Program-made: the position numbers and the translations under genes
Part shown: one piece after another, positions 25,264 to 38,229 of the stretch
Layout of the letters: the number at the start of each line of letters is the position of its first letter
How positions within the stretch are numbered: the first letter of the stretch is position 1
DNA from: Trichodelitschia bisporula
Lineage: Eukaryota
NCBI GenBank assembly: GCA_010356995.1
Contig: ML996695.1
Location: 319,061-383,060 of the forward strand
Length of the DNA: 64,000 nucleotides
Direction: 5' to 3'
The notes under the pieces: generated by a model
The model's input: only the letters and a program-made list of their open reading frames with translations
What the model was told of the DNA's origin: nothing
The model's database searches: none

Positions 25264-26041
25264 TTGATGGTTAGGGGTTGATGGAGGCGATTTCCTCGAT
25301 GGTACTACACAGCGTTTCTTTGGTTCCGTTTGCGTACATACCCGTTCTGCTTTTGTCCGAGCGACTAAGGTCTGATTCGGCGTTCTAAGAGGCGTCTTCG
25401 CTGATCGCGAGACATCCAGATGATTCATGGTTGAACCTTACTGAGTGAACTGGAGTTGGGCTGTTCCCTCTTCTCAGGGACGTCTGTTGGGAATCAAATG
25501 CCCAGGGAAGATTCAATCGTTCTGTAGATGAGTAGCTAGTTCATGCGTTACCTCGTAACCCCGTACATAAAAACTCACATGGAAACGTAAGGGTAGGTCG
25601 TTATGCAAGTCAAGTCTGGCAGTACCCTGTCGCAGCAGTGTCCAATTCTTGCTTCACCGTTCCGTTGTCCACAATTGGTGGCGACAGCAAAGAGATCACA
25701 ATCAAACACCCAAATGCGTAGGATTTCGGACAAGTGTTTGACATGAGCAGAGTTTCTGCGCTTACAGTCATGAGGGGCACTGGTGGCTTCGTCCAGATCC
25801 TTGTACTTCATTTCAAGGTCGTGTATGATGGTGCTGTTTTTCTTCTGCATAAGTCCATAAGTGCACGGTCCATTCTCTAAGGAGGCGCAAGAGGCTCTTT
25901 ACATTCCCTTGAAATTCCCTTGAAATTCTAGATGCTAGACCGCTCTGCTACGATCAAATCTTCAAGCATCACATGGTCAAGATAAGGAGTTCATAGAAGT
26001 AGAGGCACTCGATTTGCCACAGAAGAATGGGTCCACTAGAA

Positions 26042-27452
26042 CTATTCCGAGTCGCTCCATATCAAGTTTTCTTCACCATCCGAGCCCGAAGGGGGAGGGG
26101 GAGGAGGAACAGTGATTGGTGTCCGCGAAGGACCCCTATTGAGCGGAACGACGGGTATCTTGTCACTGCCCTCCGGGAAAGCTTCGTCCTCGCTAGGCCT
26201 CTGAAGAATTAGCTCTGATGGTTGTCAATGATCGCATCGCTTACATAAGCCTTGACTTTCGCAAACCCCTTCGACCCATAGCGGACAGAAGCAGGCTTTG
26301 GAGTGAGATTTGGATGGCGAGTGTTATCCTTGAGTGAGAGGCTGGAGAACGCATCGTCGTAAGGCTTCGACTTCGGGTAGATGGGGAGGCCCGAGTCGAT
26401 TGAGTTCGCAGCCGTAGCCCAAGCCATGTCACGGGGCGCTGCAGTCGCTTTCGAATCCCTATCCACGGACGGGCCTGGAGCTGCCTTAGGGTCGGCGACC
26501 CCTACCTGCGTAGCTAATGGGAAAGGAGTAGAAGCGGACAAGCGAACGCGAGTATTCGGGCCTTCCTTTAAAGCGGGGAGAGGGTGGAAACCACCGGAAT
26601 CCGGCGTAGCAGCCCTGGGCGTGGCGGCCTGGTTGGTGGTGTAAGGGACACGAGTGTTGAACTGAACATTCGGAGCGGAAGTCGTCATGGTCTTGCTATC
26701 TGCTTCCGCATCCTTGTCGAGAGCGGCCAGAGCGTTGCGAATGATCTCGGCGTCCTGCAGCAGGTGAATTGTGGTGGCTCAAGCTTGTTCAAGCGTCATA
26801 CCTTGATTCTCTTCGCACTGACTTCCTCCTCGTCATCATCAACGAAGCTGTAGTTAATGGTAGTGTCGTCATCGTCATCGTCGTCGTCGGGACAGCCTCC
26901 CATGGACCCGCCCATCAGTGCCATCTGGCGACGGACCTCTCGTAAAGCCACTTCGTCATCCGGTCCGAAGTCGAGCTGCTTAGCGATGCAACGAGCGCAT
27001 TTCTGTCCTGGTGAGTTACAGCGTCATGAGAAAAGCAGCAAACATACGGCTTGGTCGGGATTGCTACGATGAGCCTTGGAAAAGTTGTCCAGTGCCGCAG
27101 TATTGTCGCAGAATCCGCAGTAGAGCTCGGTCGGCTGCAACTCCGTGCAAGTCCGACACTTGACGGTTGGGGTGGAAACACGGCGCACCTTGACGGCGAA
27201 CTTGGCACCGAGGATCTGCTTGTTCGAGTAGTTACTGTGGCCCTTGAACTTCGAGCAACGAGAACATTTGAGCCTACAGAGTTAGTGGGAGGAGGCACAT
27301 TCTCTACATTGAAAGACGCATGCTCACTTCGTCGGAAGGGTGACATTGCCCAGCCTACACGCCATAAGGTTAAATTCATCTCGAACAAACATCCAGTAGA
27401 CTTACGTAGCAGCCGTGATGTTCGGATTGGGCAGCTGAGGACCCCTCGCCAT
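26042..27452 (-). CDS. Stc1-domain tandem zinc-finger protein (~389 aa)
   Basis: Exons 27452-27406, 27354-27328, 27273-27048, 27002-26802, 26754-26245 and 26200-26042 all have GT-AG boundaries and keep phase (1170 nt). The product has KCSRCSKFK...YSNKQ...CRTC...ELYCGFC...DNFSKAHR...AKCARC followed by an acidic tract. Confidence 0.8.
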
Positions 27453-27989
27453 CGTGATGGATGTTGATGTATCACTATCACGGGTCGAGGATCGGGGAGG
27501 GATGTCGTGAAAGAGAGGGGGAAGTATAGAGAAGAGAAAATTTGTGAAAGGTACCACCAGGGTGGAGGCAAAAACGTCACTTGCCGAATGGTGTGGAAAG
27601 AACGAGGGGACAATCAGGCTGGAAGCCGGTTGTGGAAATAGCGACTGGTGGGGCTGTCGAACGATGCCTGTTCCTACTGCCTGGTTCTACCGGTCGTTCT
27701 TTCTTCTTTTTTGCTCTCCTTCTCCGTTTCCAGACGAACAACGACAGTCGCGCCGTCATTGCTTGCGGCGTCGTGGCTTCCCTAACCCTCCCTCATGCTG
27801 CATCATCATGTCTCGGCCGGATGACTCTTAAGCAAACGGGAGGTCATATTAGGGCAAACACGTACGAATTCGACGACAAAATATCCTGCTTTGAATATGT
27901 TTCGTTCTCCATGTGATGCTCTCATGGTTCTGACTGAGTAGTAGTGGCAAGCATAGCGGCCTACTGTACGGTGTGAAGACCTGTGAGCA

Positions 27990-30222
27990 CTAAAAGCCAC
28001 CGACCCCGCGAACTCGCTGCACCGCGCCAACGACACCCTTTGCCCACGATAAGCGTCCTGGATCTTTTCCGATGGCTCCCGGTGCTTCATTACCGTCGCT
28101 GTCTCGCCAAATGCCGTCTTCCTGTGATGCCATACCGTAGATATGAGTGTCTGTAGGGTCAGCAGAGTATCACTACGAGCTAGTAACAACTTACTTTGGC
28201 TTCTCCGAATTCCGTCAAGCCAAAGTTTACAAACAGCCTCGGAGTCAATGAGGATGTTGACCTCTTGCGAATGATACCAAGACTGCGTGTCCAGGTTTCC
28301 ATTGCCCTGAATTGCGATTTGTTCATCGACAATCATGAGTTTGACTGGCATACCGTGAGCAGCTTTCCTTCAAGAAAGCAATGGAGGCTTACTGTGGCTG
28401 CTACGACTCTTGAACTTGTTGTGGATAGGCATTGTCTGGTCCTTTCCCACATAATATCCGTAGTGAAGCCTCTTCCTTTCTTCTGGTTGCAGTTGCATGT
28501 ACAATTTGTTCGCGATCATCTCATTGTGTCCGCCTTGGAATGGTAGCAGCTCGCCGGCATCATTGTAGCCTAGAGTCACGTAGCATGTCACTTCCACGCC
28601 TCTGCGCACCGCAGCAATCAGCTCCGGTAGCAGAACATCTGCGTTGAGGTCTGGGGTTTGACAGAACACTGATCGCTTCGCATTCCTCACGGCCGAGAGC
28701 CAAGCTTCGTTCTGTGGTGTGCAGCCAGAAGCATGGCTAGGTGCTCCCCACGGCTTGCGGTTGACAAGCGCGATTGGAAAGAGCTCCGGATCAGCATATG
28801 GGATATACAGTCTCCAGTGGTCTTCGGATTCTGGTGCCGTTCCTTTGCGCGTCTGCTTCAGTGACAGATTGAGGTGGTCAGTCACAGCCTCAAGCCGTGA
28901 GACTTCCGCTGTCGGGTCCAGCACCGATTGCATGCGAGCCACTTCAGCTGCGATGTCTTTGTCGAAATGCGGATCTCCGGGGGCGTGTATTGGTGGCTTT
29001 ACCTCCATGGTGGTGCCATTTCTGAAGTTGCGCTCAGCCTCCTCCAGGCTCTGACGGATGGTAGGATCAGACGCCGGTGGGCTTTCACTGGCAGCAGGGG
29101 TTTCGAGGCAGGGCAGTGGCGGCTCCAAAGCCTTGTGCCACGAGATAACGCTCACATCATACAGAGAGTCGACAATTGGACCTTCCAGGTGACTCATCAT
29201 TTCGAGGTTGTCATTGTCCTAGGATTCATTAGGACATGTCTGCGAAGGGTGTGGATTCAAGTTACCTGAATGTTGTTGCTGCTTACGATGGCATATTTTC
29301 TGTCGACAACCATGAATTTTGAATGAAACGTGCCAAATACTGGCCTATGGTAGTTGATGACTTGCATGTTGATATTGGGTACCTCATCTGGTGCAGGCAG
29401 GTTAATCTTTCCAGTCGAATACTGTGAAGCCGGGATGATCTGATGGTTATCCATAACCTGCGAGGAGTCAGCTCGGAAGCTCTAGTCAAAGGGTCACGAA
29501 CCTGCTTGACGTTCCCGCGGTCATAAAGGATCTTAACCACCACCCTTGCTCCTCTGGATCCAGCTCGCTTCGAAAGCTCCACAAGTGCTTCACTGATCAG
29601 CCTGGAGGCATCCGAATTGACCCAGTAGTTCGTCGCCAGAAAGACTTCACTCTCTGCGCGTGCAATTAAATTGGACTAATGGTCAGCGCAATATTATGGA
29701 GCGAGCAGCGCTACGAACCATGTGCCTACAAATGTCGAGAAGCGGACTGATTACGGTGAGAGGGATGGTGCCACAGCTGCCCATGAGCGACGGGGATACG
29801 CATCCGACCAGCGGATCGGTCTCCAGGGCGCAGAGGGCATCGTGAAACACGCGGAGGAAGAGCTCGCTAGGGCGACGCTCGCCGAACTTGCCGCATTGGC
29901 GGGCACGTTCAAGGTCTTCTAAGGACGCAGGTTTTCGATCGTCGTGTGGGACCCTTGCGGCCACAGTCTTTGGCTCATGGCCAAAAAGTCGCTCAGCGGC
30001 GACACCAGGGGTGAGCTTTGGGTCGCTCGCTAGTTCCGCGCTGACGGAGGCATCGGAGGTGCACCAGCGGAACACCCTATCTGAAATGTGGGACGGCATC
30101 TGGATTGTAGTGACTTGCAATGACTTGTACCAGATGAAGACGAGAAAAGTAACGAGTAGAACGATAAAAGTAGTAACTATCTGCAGGGCGAGGGAGATCA
30201 ACGATATGGAGTGATCGGTCAT
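27990..30222 (-). CDS. Phospholipase D/nuclease superfamily protein (two HKD motifs)
   Basis: First HKD is FHSKFMVVD...SSNN. The second, SH|IKLMIVD...GNGNLD, is split by an intron. Several short introns. Start is 30222 (adds a hydrophobic anchor) or 30099. Confidence 0.85.
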
Positions 30223-30801
30223 GGCGGCAGCTCAGCTAATTTAAGGCCGTCTCGAGGCTTCCCTCAAGAACCAACTCGAGGGCGCAATGAACATGGTGTA
30301 CCGTACATACGGTATGATTTGAGAGGCTTGTGCCTTGTGCCTTGAAGTGAAGCCCTGACGTCACATAGTTTGAGGGGAAGATTGATTCCCCGGACGCGCC
30401 CCCGCTCTAGCCCTGACCAAGAAAAGTCCAAGCCTTGGGTGGAAGGCTTATTATAACCAAGCTTTCGCTAGCGTGTGGAGATTTCGGGAGCGATCGACAC
30501 TTCCGAACGACATCCGCTCGCAGGGTATTATAGTATAGACGGCGAGGAGAGCAAGGGTTACCGAGACACAACGCACGTATAGTAGCCTGTGGTGGTTTAT
30601 CATGCAGAAGTGGGAAGGGGAGTGAGCATTCTTGCTCAAAGCTCTGGGATTACGGTATTCTCGATGACGCGCATCGCAACCACCAACCACCTGAGACGAC
30701 CACCATCTGCCGATTCACTCAAGTGAATGCCAACTTGTTTCTCGGCCAGGGGACCATGAAATATCGCATTAATACATTCAGAATGAACGAAACTCCACTT
30801 T

Positions 30802-32960
30802 CTATCCACCGCTGTAAAGCAGGAAAGGATGTGCTAGATACAAGTTGTAGGCATTGAGGAGAATGAGGGGCATTGTGTGATACCAGTGAAAACTGTGCGC
30901 CACCCGCCATGTGACGACACTGGCCATGCCCCCCACTACCGCGATCCACCATAGCCAAGCAACTGCCCTCATGTTGCGGTATTTGTTGCTCCTGGGCGCC
31001 TTTGCGTCTCCGCTGGGGATCCATTGCAGCCCCGATCCGGTGATCTTATCTACGAGAGCATGAAGATATGCGAAGCTCTGAATGACCATTATGTGCTGTA
31101 CGTTGCAGCCATACCGCGATCTAGCCCATAGCGGAAGCAGGATTGCCCCGTAGACGATGCTAGGGATGGCAAAGCTAAGATTGTAAAAGTAAAAGAGGTC
31201 CGGCCGGAGCCACAACAAGAAGATGCCGGGAATCGAGCTCATGAATATGCTCAAGGCAACGGCAGAGTAATACAAGAAACCTACTGACGTTAAAATTGTA
31301 AGTCTTTGTCGGAATACCTACCGCAGGCGTAGCAAACCTTCTGCATGGCAGTCAGGCCGGACTTCCAGAATGCTGGACTGGTAAGCAATGTCGTCGAACC
31401 CATGCACCACCGCATCTGCTGTGAGAAGAACGCACGCGGAGTGTCTGGACAGAGCCCGCACGCCAGACAGAGCGGAATATACTTGACCTTCCACCCGCGA
31501 TCGACAGCCCCAAACCTGGAGAGTTAGGACGGCAAAATGCAAGAACTCTGGTCCTCACCCTGTATGCACATCCTCCGAAAACCCTATTTCGGCCGTCCCT
31601 CCCACAGCCTCCAATGCAGTTCGGCGATATACAGCATTACTGCCAACGCATATTGCGGCACCCCATCGGTTTCGGTTGACCTGGACGACACGATAGAAGA
31701 GTTCCTGAACAGCGCCGGCACCCTGTTCAACCCAGGTTTGTTCTGTACTAACACGAAAGAACTGCGGACTCTGCACGATGGCCGTCTCTTCGTCTGCTAG
31801 ATGCTCGGGAATCAGTTCGAGCAGAAAGTCAGACCGTGGGCAAAAGTCGGCGTCGAAGATGGCGAAAAATTCGCCTGTCGTCCTGGCAAACGTCCACCGG
31901 AGGTTACCGGCCTTCCTAAGACGAGGACGATTGTCCCGGACGAAGTAACTGAAGCCGTACTGGGAAGCGAGCGCTTTTACCGAGGCGAGATTCCCGTCAT
32001 CCATAACGAAGACCCGCAGCCTGTCAGGTGGATATTTCAGCTTGACGACCTGCCGATACGTGTTTTCCAGAATCTCGAGTGGCTCCCTGCAGCAAGGGAG
32101 GTAGATATCGACAGTCGGAGCCGTCTTTAGTGTAACCGGATGCGCCTTGAGCGCGTCTTGATGGGACTGCAAATCCCAGTCTCTGCCTACTACGCCGACC
32201 AGGTACGAAATGAAGAGGTATATCTGGAGAAACACAGCAACGATGGAGAACCAGAGGAAGACGTAGGAGCAGCTGACAAAGAGCCACATCCCAGCGGACA
32301 GGCTGAGAAAGGCAAATATGCCCACGACATATAGGGGGATGCGGTTTGTGTGGAGATAGAAGTACTTTTCCTCGTCGGATGGGGCAGATGGCAAGATACG
32401 CATCGGGCTCTCTTTAGGTGCATAGGAGCATCTGAGCCAGTGCCACAGTCGCGAGAGATTGCCCAGTTTTGCCTGCGTCGAGTTGAATTCCCCAACAATG
32501 CCCCTATCGCTGTCACTCTGATCAGTTCTTCCCTCGACTGCATTGTTCTCAGTAGCCCAGCCCTCGATGTTGTCAGTATCAGCACCGTAGATAACGGAGG
32601 TGTTATTTTGGAGGTCGCCATTGGGGATACTGGTGCTCTCAATATTAACGTCATCCACATCAATGACAGCACCGGGGGCAAAATTACAGCCTGCGTCGAT
32701 TGTGCTGTTGTGGCCAAGGTCGTTGAAGTGCACATTGGGTTTATCCGGATCCAGATTGCCACCTTCGTCGTCACAGGTGGTGACGTCCTCTTGAATCTTC
32801 GCTTCGCCTTTTTGCAATCCAAATCTTTGGTCCAGGGTCGCAATAAGAATCTTGTCGGACACACTACACGGTCTTGTTTTGGTGGGGGGTGGAAGGTTCA
32901 GCTCCTAAACGGGTCAGCATTAAGCTTGAGCTGTCGACCAGTTCTAACCAGCTCACTCAT
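30802..32960 (-). CDS. Cellulose-synthase-like processive glycosyltransferase (GT2)
   Basis: Motifs VMDDG, KAGNL, IFDADF, QSPQFF, SEDVHTG and, after splicing, SQQMRWCMG, with transmembrane helices on both sides. The 5' micro-exon (ATG 32960, MSEL) is tentative. Confidence 0.88.
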
Positions 32961-33739
32961 GTTTTCGGACCAGTCCTGCTGACGGTCGCGCTCAGCTCAT
33001 CGGGTTACACACGGCCCCTTTCAGCCGAAATGGCTGAGAGGGGGTGGTGCCATCCCGCCCTATTGTAGACATAACTCCAAAAGACAGTGACTGCAAATCT
33101 GCCTCCAGCTCCGCCGCGTGCTAAAGCGGATACAAACTTTCACAGCAGAATCCATCTTCTGACGCATGTAGTCTATGGGATTGATGGGTGTGTGATGTTC
33201 GGCAAGGCTCTGTTTGTCGCGTTTGCACTCGGTGGATTAAGGAACTGACCCAAACAGGTGTTTAGCTTGGGAACATCCACTCCGCGTTCGTCCAATGGCA
33301 ATACGTCTATCTCAGTAGCCTTTGTCCTGTCTCTGCACTTTCATCGGCGTCCGTGATGCATATCCATCGCGGTCATTTCGAGTCCTACGTTTCAGCACTG
33401 AGCCCTTTACCTGTATGTCTGATGCCTTCCAGGTGCGCGGGTACTGGGGGCGCCGCAACAACTTGATCAACTTCTAGACTCCAGTCCATGCTGACGGGCA
33501 ATGCATAGGCGTATGTTGCGTACCGCTCGGCTATCATCGACACCAGTGCATACGCGACGACGAAGCCTCGTTCGACGCGGCATAGACTGGCCCGCCGGTT
33601 CGAACCAGGTATGTGCCTTCACCATGTCAAGGCAAATGTTACTGCTGATGTCTTTGTCGACAACGATCCAGATACTGAACGAAACGTTGGGTCAAGCGCG
33701 CAGTCCTGTATTCGAGTAAAATCAAGCGATGAAGCTGCC

Positions 33740-34299
33740 TCAATACATTCCACAACGATGCGGCTCGCCCAGCCGCCACTGGCTAGCGCGGTCCAAGGAG
33801 TCAAGATATGCCACCCACCCATTCTTGGCAATGACGCCCAAGTCAAGTCCCTGGTTGGCATCGATGGTGATCATGTTGATACTCAGGTAGTTCTGGCCCG
33901 ACTCCCAGCCTACGTCCTTTGGGTTCCAGACCTGCACCTTTTGCGTTCCCTCGTTGCCTCCGAGCAGCTCTTCCGGCAATTCGACCTCTGCAGTCTCGCC
34001 CTCGCCCTTGAACGTGATGCACCGAACTCCACACGTCGAGCAAAAGTACCACCCCGACCGCTTCTGGTTGGTACGGTAGTCCGTGACACCACTGTCAGGC
34101 GCCTGGAAGTCCAGTGGTGAGAGAAGGATGAAGTCATCAGGCGTATTGGCCAGGCGCAGGTGGAAGATGCCTGCCTTGTGGCAGATGGTGCAGTTGCATC
34201 TGTAAATCTTCTGTTTCTTCTGCTCTGCCAGGGCGTTGCCGTCGATTGGGGCCGAGTCAGGGGTTGGAAGGGAGTAAAGTTGCAGACAAACGCGGGAAA
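33740..34299 (-). pseudogene. GFA/DUF636 (CENP-V-like) zinc-binding protein, 5' end missing or degenerate
   Basis: The open frame reads IYRCNCTICHKAGIFH...WYFCSTCGVRC...YLSIN...GEPHRCGMY*. It has an in-frame TAA immediately upstream, with no ATG, no canonical acceptor and no intact GSCHCG motif. Confidence 0.65.
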
Positions 34300-36710
34300 G
34301 TTAGATCAGAGCTCAGCTTTTAACCACAAGCCGCTGCTGCCTATTCTCACATCTTACTGTACTTTGCAGCGTCGGTCAACGGGGATTGTTGGGCATGAAT
34401 CCTACATCCTACGAGCATGACGAGCTGTATGCCTCCAACGCGTCAGTCCCGTGTCCTACGGTATGTCAATACCAACAACATTTCAAAATGCCGCGCGTTC
34501 GCAAGAGAAAGAGCGGTCACAATCGCGCTTTCAGTCGCTGCGTCGGTGAGATCTTGCATTGTGCCCACCCTTCCCAGCATGAGACAATTTCCACTCGTAG
34601 CAATGCGACAGTCTTGCGCTTCCAATTTTCGCCCTCCCCTTGACGCAGCACTCACAACCTGGACATAATTTACGTCTGAATATGCCATTGAGGGGCCCCT
34701 TCACACCGCTCATATCCAGACGCTTCAGAAACATAAGTAAATCTTGCAACGGAAAATTTGATCTACATACTTGCAGCCGGACAAATGAGGCCTTGGTCAT
34801 ACGTCGGTATGGATGGTTTGCCCATTCGGAATGGGTCTTCTTTTTCGATGAGAAGTCCCAGAGACCCTGTGTACAATTCCGGTCCCCTTTACTTCACGCC
34901 AAAGCCCCCGATTCAGATACCCCCCCACTGTAAAGAGGCTCTACTGTGAATATATCCTTGAGCTTCATCCTACTTGAATGCTGGCTCATTCTTTGCCTTA
35001 ATTTACTGCATAAAGGAGCTATCATCCTCATTACATCTCTGGCAGTTCTGTATCTGATTCGACTGGGAGGAATCAACCGGAGAATATGACGGAAAGACAA
35101 GTATGTTATCATGTCGGAATTTGTAGAGCATCACAACTTCCAGGGGTTTTTAGGGGGGGAGGGGGAAGCTTTCGCGATTAGGGCTCGAATTTTGGAGAAC
35201 GCCCTGTGCCGAACCATGGCCCATTGCAATCTGGGAGTTTGAGAGACCACGAGGAGGTTTTACATGCTGAAAAAAACCATACGTTTTATCATTGGACAAT
35301 GCTGCATGGCAATTCAAACGCCACAGCATGGAGTCCCAGGTAGCTCATCGGTAGAGATCCTGGGCCTGTGATAAATAACAGATCCGGCGTTTGCCAATGA
35401 GCCGAGTGATTCAGCACTGCCGATGAGTCAAAAACAGAAACGTTAGAGAAATTTCAACACTGTATACCCATGCCTACACCAGTTTAGTAAAGCCTAACTC
35501 GGCATTAGGCGATAATTCTAAAACCATGCTCTGCGGCGGGCTCATTTCTGTTCTATATAGAAAGCGGTACATTTGGGAGGGTGTGTCTTCATCTTCGTGC
35601 ACGGGTGTCCTAGATAGGGGTTTAATGACTGGCTATGTCCTGTCATTAACTCAAGGTTTCTCTCCAGCTCCTTATTAATTCTTGGTCTCGGCGATGGGTG
35701 GTGGCAGCATGTTTGATTGACGGTATATGACCGATTCGAGTTACGGGAAAGAAGGATCAGCTGGAACAGGTAAATATACTTGGCCGGATACTTTCCAGCC
35801 TACGCAGCTGCAAATAACTGCGCCGTTTAATTGAACCGGAAGACTAACAGATTGGATACCCCCGGTCCTAGACGGATAGCTTAATTTGGGACGGCAAAAC
35901 CATTCCGATCAGAAATCCTTATCTCCCAGCCGCAGCGAATATTTAAACATAGCGCAGGCTTTTGTGACCTGCGTTCGTCGGCTCCCATTAGCCCCGAGGA
36001 CAAAAACAGCTCCAATTGAATTGCGCGCTGCGAAGGCAAGATGACTATTGGAAGCACGTTTAGTTGCACTGAAGCCCCACACGCATTATAGAAAGAACTT
36101 TAAATGATAAAAAAAGCATCTAGCCAGCGCATCGCTACGGATAGTATCGGAATAATCTTCTCGTCAATACAAATTTGAAAAGCCCATATGCATTTTGTTT
36201 ACATTATTTTGGCGCATGAGTGCATCGCGATTGGAAGGTTTGGAGGCAGTATTTAATAGGCTCTTAAGAATATATACGTATAAAATGATATTTGATCGAA
36301 AAGGTAATGCCGGATCCTGTTCCCATTTTTGCTGGGTGGGGGGTCATTACTTTCTGGCGGGGTGCGGCGGCAGAATGTGGGTAATTACTCTCAAGGGCAG
36401 CATTTAAAAGCACATGTTCTGTATCACCGTCCACATCCCTACCTACTAAGAATTTGTGCGGCGGGCGCTCCCGTGGGCACATCTGATTAAAAGAAAGAGT
36501 AAGACTACTGGACTCAAAAAAGGCCGACGAATTAATTTCTATCTCTTGTACGACTAAGGTACTTGCCCGTGTACTCGCAATCATCGACCCTTTAAAGAGC
36601 TTGAATTAAGGTCTGTAATAAACGCAAGGTTTTTCCAACAAGACCTAGCTCTTCGATTGGTTGGCGAGTGCGAGTACCTTAGCTACAATCATGATCCATA
36701 AGTCTTTGTG

Positions 36711-37370
36711 GGGTGCACTCTTAATAAATGTATGGAAAAATCGACGCCTCGACTTCAACTCTCCACTCTCCACGCTATGATAGCTTGGACAAAACTTTAA
36801 ATCGTATAAGTTGAAGAATAGGTTATTGACTCTCTTCCTGCCTTTTATGAGCCTTTTACCCCTTGCTGAGTCAGCTAATGCGTCATGGCGGAACGCGAGT
36901 CAAATTGGAAAAGTGGAATTTTGTTAGGAGACTTCTGCCAAGACCTCAAAAAGTTCCAAGACCACACCCTCTTCCATAACGCATAAGCTGAGCTAAAGGG
37001 GAGAGAGATAACTTTTAAAATGGCTATTGGAAGTTCATAACCCACTGATCAATATGTATCCCTTGTACGACCCAGGTACTGGCCCAGGTACACGCCCAGA
37101 TACTTGTCCCCCACTTTTCCCTCTCATGGACCAGTCAGAAAACTGAAATTTAGTTCTATAACAATTTCTCTATTTTTGTAACAAATTCTAGCTCTTTCAT
37201 TGGTCTACGATAGCGGAAAAGTGGGGGGGGGGGGAGTACCTGAGCGCTTACCCAAGCCAGTACCTGGGCTGTACAAGGGATAACTCAGAATTATAAGCTA
37301 TCATAGCGTGGCTGGTAGAGGGCTAAAGTCGAGGGGTCAATTTCCGTATACACCTTACTAAGAATACACC
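36711..37370. mobile_element. Degenerate foldback (long palindromic) element interrupted by MITE copy A; true ends uncertain
   Basis: CACGCTATGATAGCTT (36771-36786) is the exact reverse complement of 37295-37310, and the arms continue imperfectly outward. There is a central stem 36871-36888 / 36974-36991. Confidence 0.7.
37059..37280. mobile_element. MITE copy A (TCCCTTGTAC TIR, TA flanks)
   Basis: TA|TCCCTTGTACGACCCAGGTAC ... GTACCTGGGCTGTACAAGGGA|TA, palindromic throughout. Confidence 0.85.
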
Positions 37371-37567
37371 ATATAAGATTTTTTGACATTTAACTTTAGT
37401 ATATGGACAAGTGCATAGGATATTAATTTACCTACACACTATGAGTACATCGAGGCTTGAAGTTTGATTTGAGAACTTTAATATGGCTTGGTCCGGCAGG
37501 GATGAAGTTATAAGCCCAAATGACTTAGCACGCAATGCGCTCGTGCGACGTGGATGAAGAAGTTTAA

Positions 37568-37763
37568 TCCCGTGTATGGCCCAGGCACCGACCCAGGTAC
37601 TTGCCCTGGTACTTGCCCAGGTGCAAATCGCTGTTATTAACCAATTAAAGAGCTAGAATTTAGTACTGTAAAGCATTCTCTGTTTTTGTAACAAAGCCTA
37701 GCTCTTTAACTGGTCAATGACTAAGATTGGTACCTGGGCCAATACCTGGGGCCGCACAAGGGA
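37568..37763. mobile_element. MITE copy B, same family
   Basis: TCCCGTGTATGGCCCAGG ... CCTGGGGCCGCACAAGGGA|TA, with internal TTAAAGAGCTAG/CTAGCTCTTTAA stem. Confidence 0.8.
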
Positions 37764-38036
37764 TAATAGCGTCAACTTATGTTAAGAATGGAACACGAAG
37801 TAGGCATAGAAAGCAGGATGACACTTGTACAACGCGGGTAGGATTGGTGGTGGCGTGTGGGGGGGCCTGTGTACTGCATTACTGTATCAAGCCAAATAAT
37901 TATATAAAATGGGCTCACGTAGTGCTGTGTCTGGGTGGCAACAATGCTATCGGTCAAGAAGCGTCTACATTATACAGTTATTTGGCCTGATACCGTGAGA
38001 CAGATACAAAGACAGCAATAAGCCAAATTTCTGCTA

Positions 38037-38229
38037 TCCCCTATACGGCCCAGGTACTGGCCCAGGTACATGCCCAGGTACTCGTCCCCCACTTTTACGC
38101 CATCATGGACCAGTCAAAGAGCTAGGATTTAGTTTTGTAAAAAAAAGGAATTCCGTAACAACTCCTAGGTCTTTGACTGGTGCATGATAGCGGAAAAGTG
38201 GGGGACGAGTACCTGGGCCGTTTAAGGGA
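38037..38229. mobile_element. MITE copy C, same family
   Basis: TA|TCCCCTATACGGCCCAGGTAC ... GTACCTGGGCCGTTTAAGGGA|TA; closest to copy A. Confidence 0.85.

Noticed and set aside
27781..27790. CCTAACCCT, telomerase-template-like
   Set aside because: It is a single short match in a ~500-bp spacer, too small for a filamentous-fungal telomerase RNA.
33196..33720. Possible small spliced plus-strand gene (MFGKALFVAFALG..., with intron-like signals near 33490 and 33609)
   Set aside because: No consistent stop-free exon chain or recognisable product could be assembled.
35005..35145. Minus-strand peptide EVVMLYKFRHDNIL resembling kinase subdomains III-IV
   Set aside because: No other kinase motifs are nearby, and the match is too short to support a pseudogene call.
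35415..35445. CCGATGAGTC...GAAAC resembling a hammerhead ribozyme core
   Set aside because: CUGAUGA is imperfect, stem II does not pair, and no flanking stems were found.
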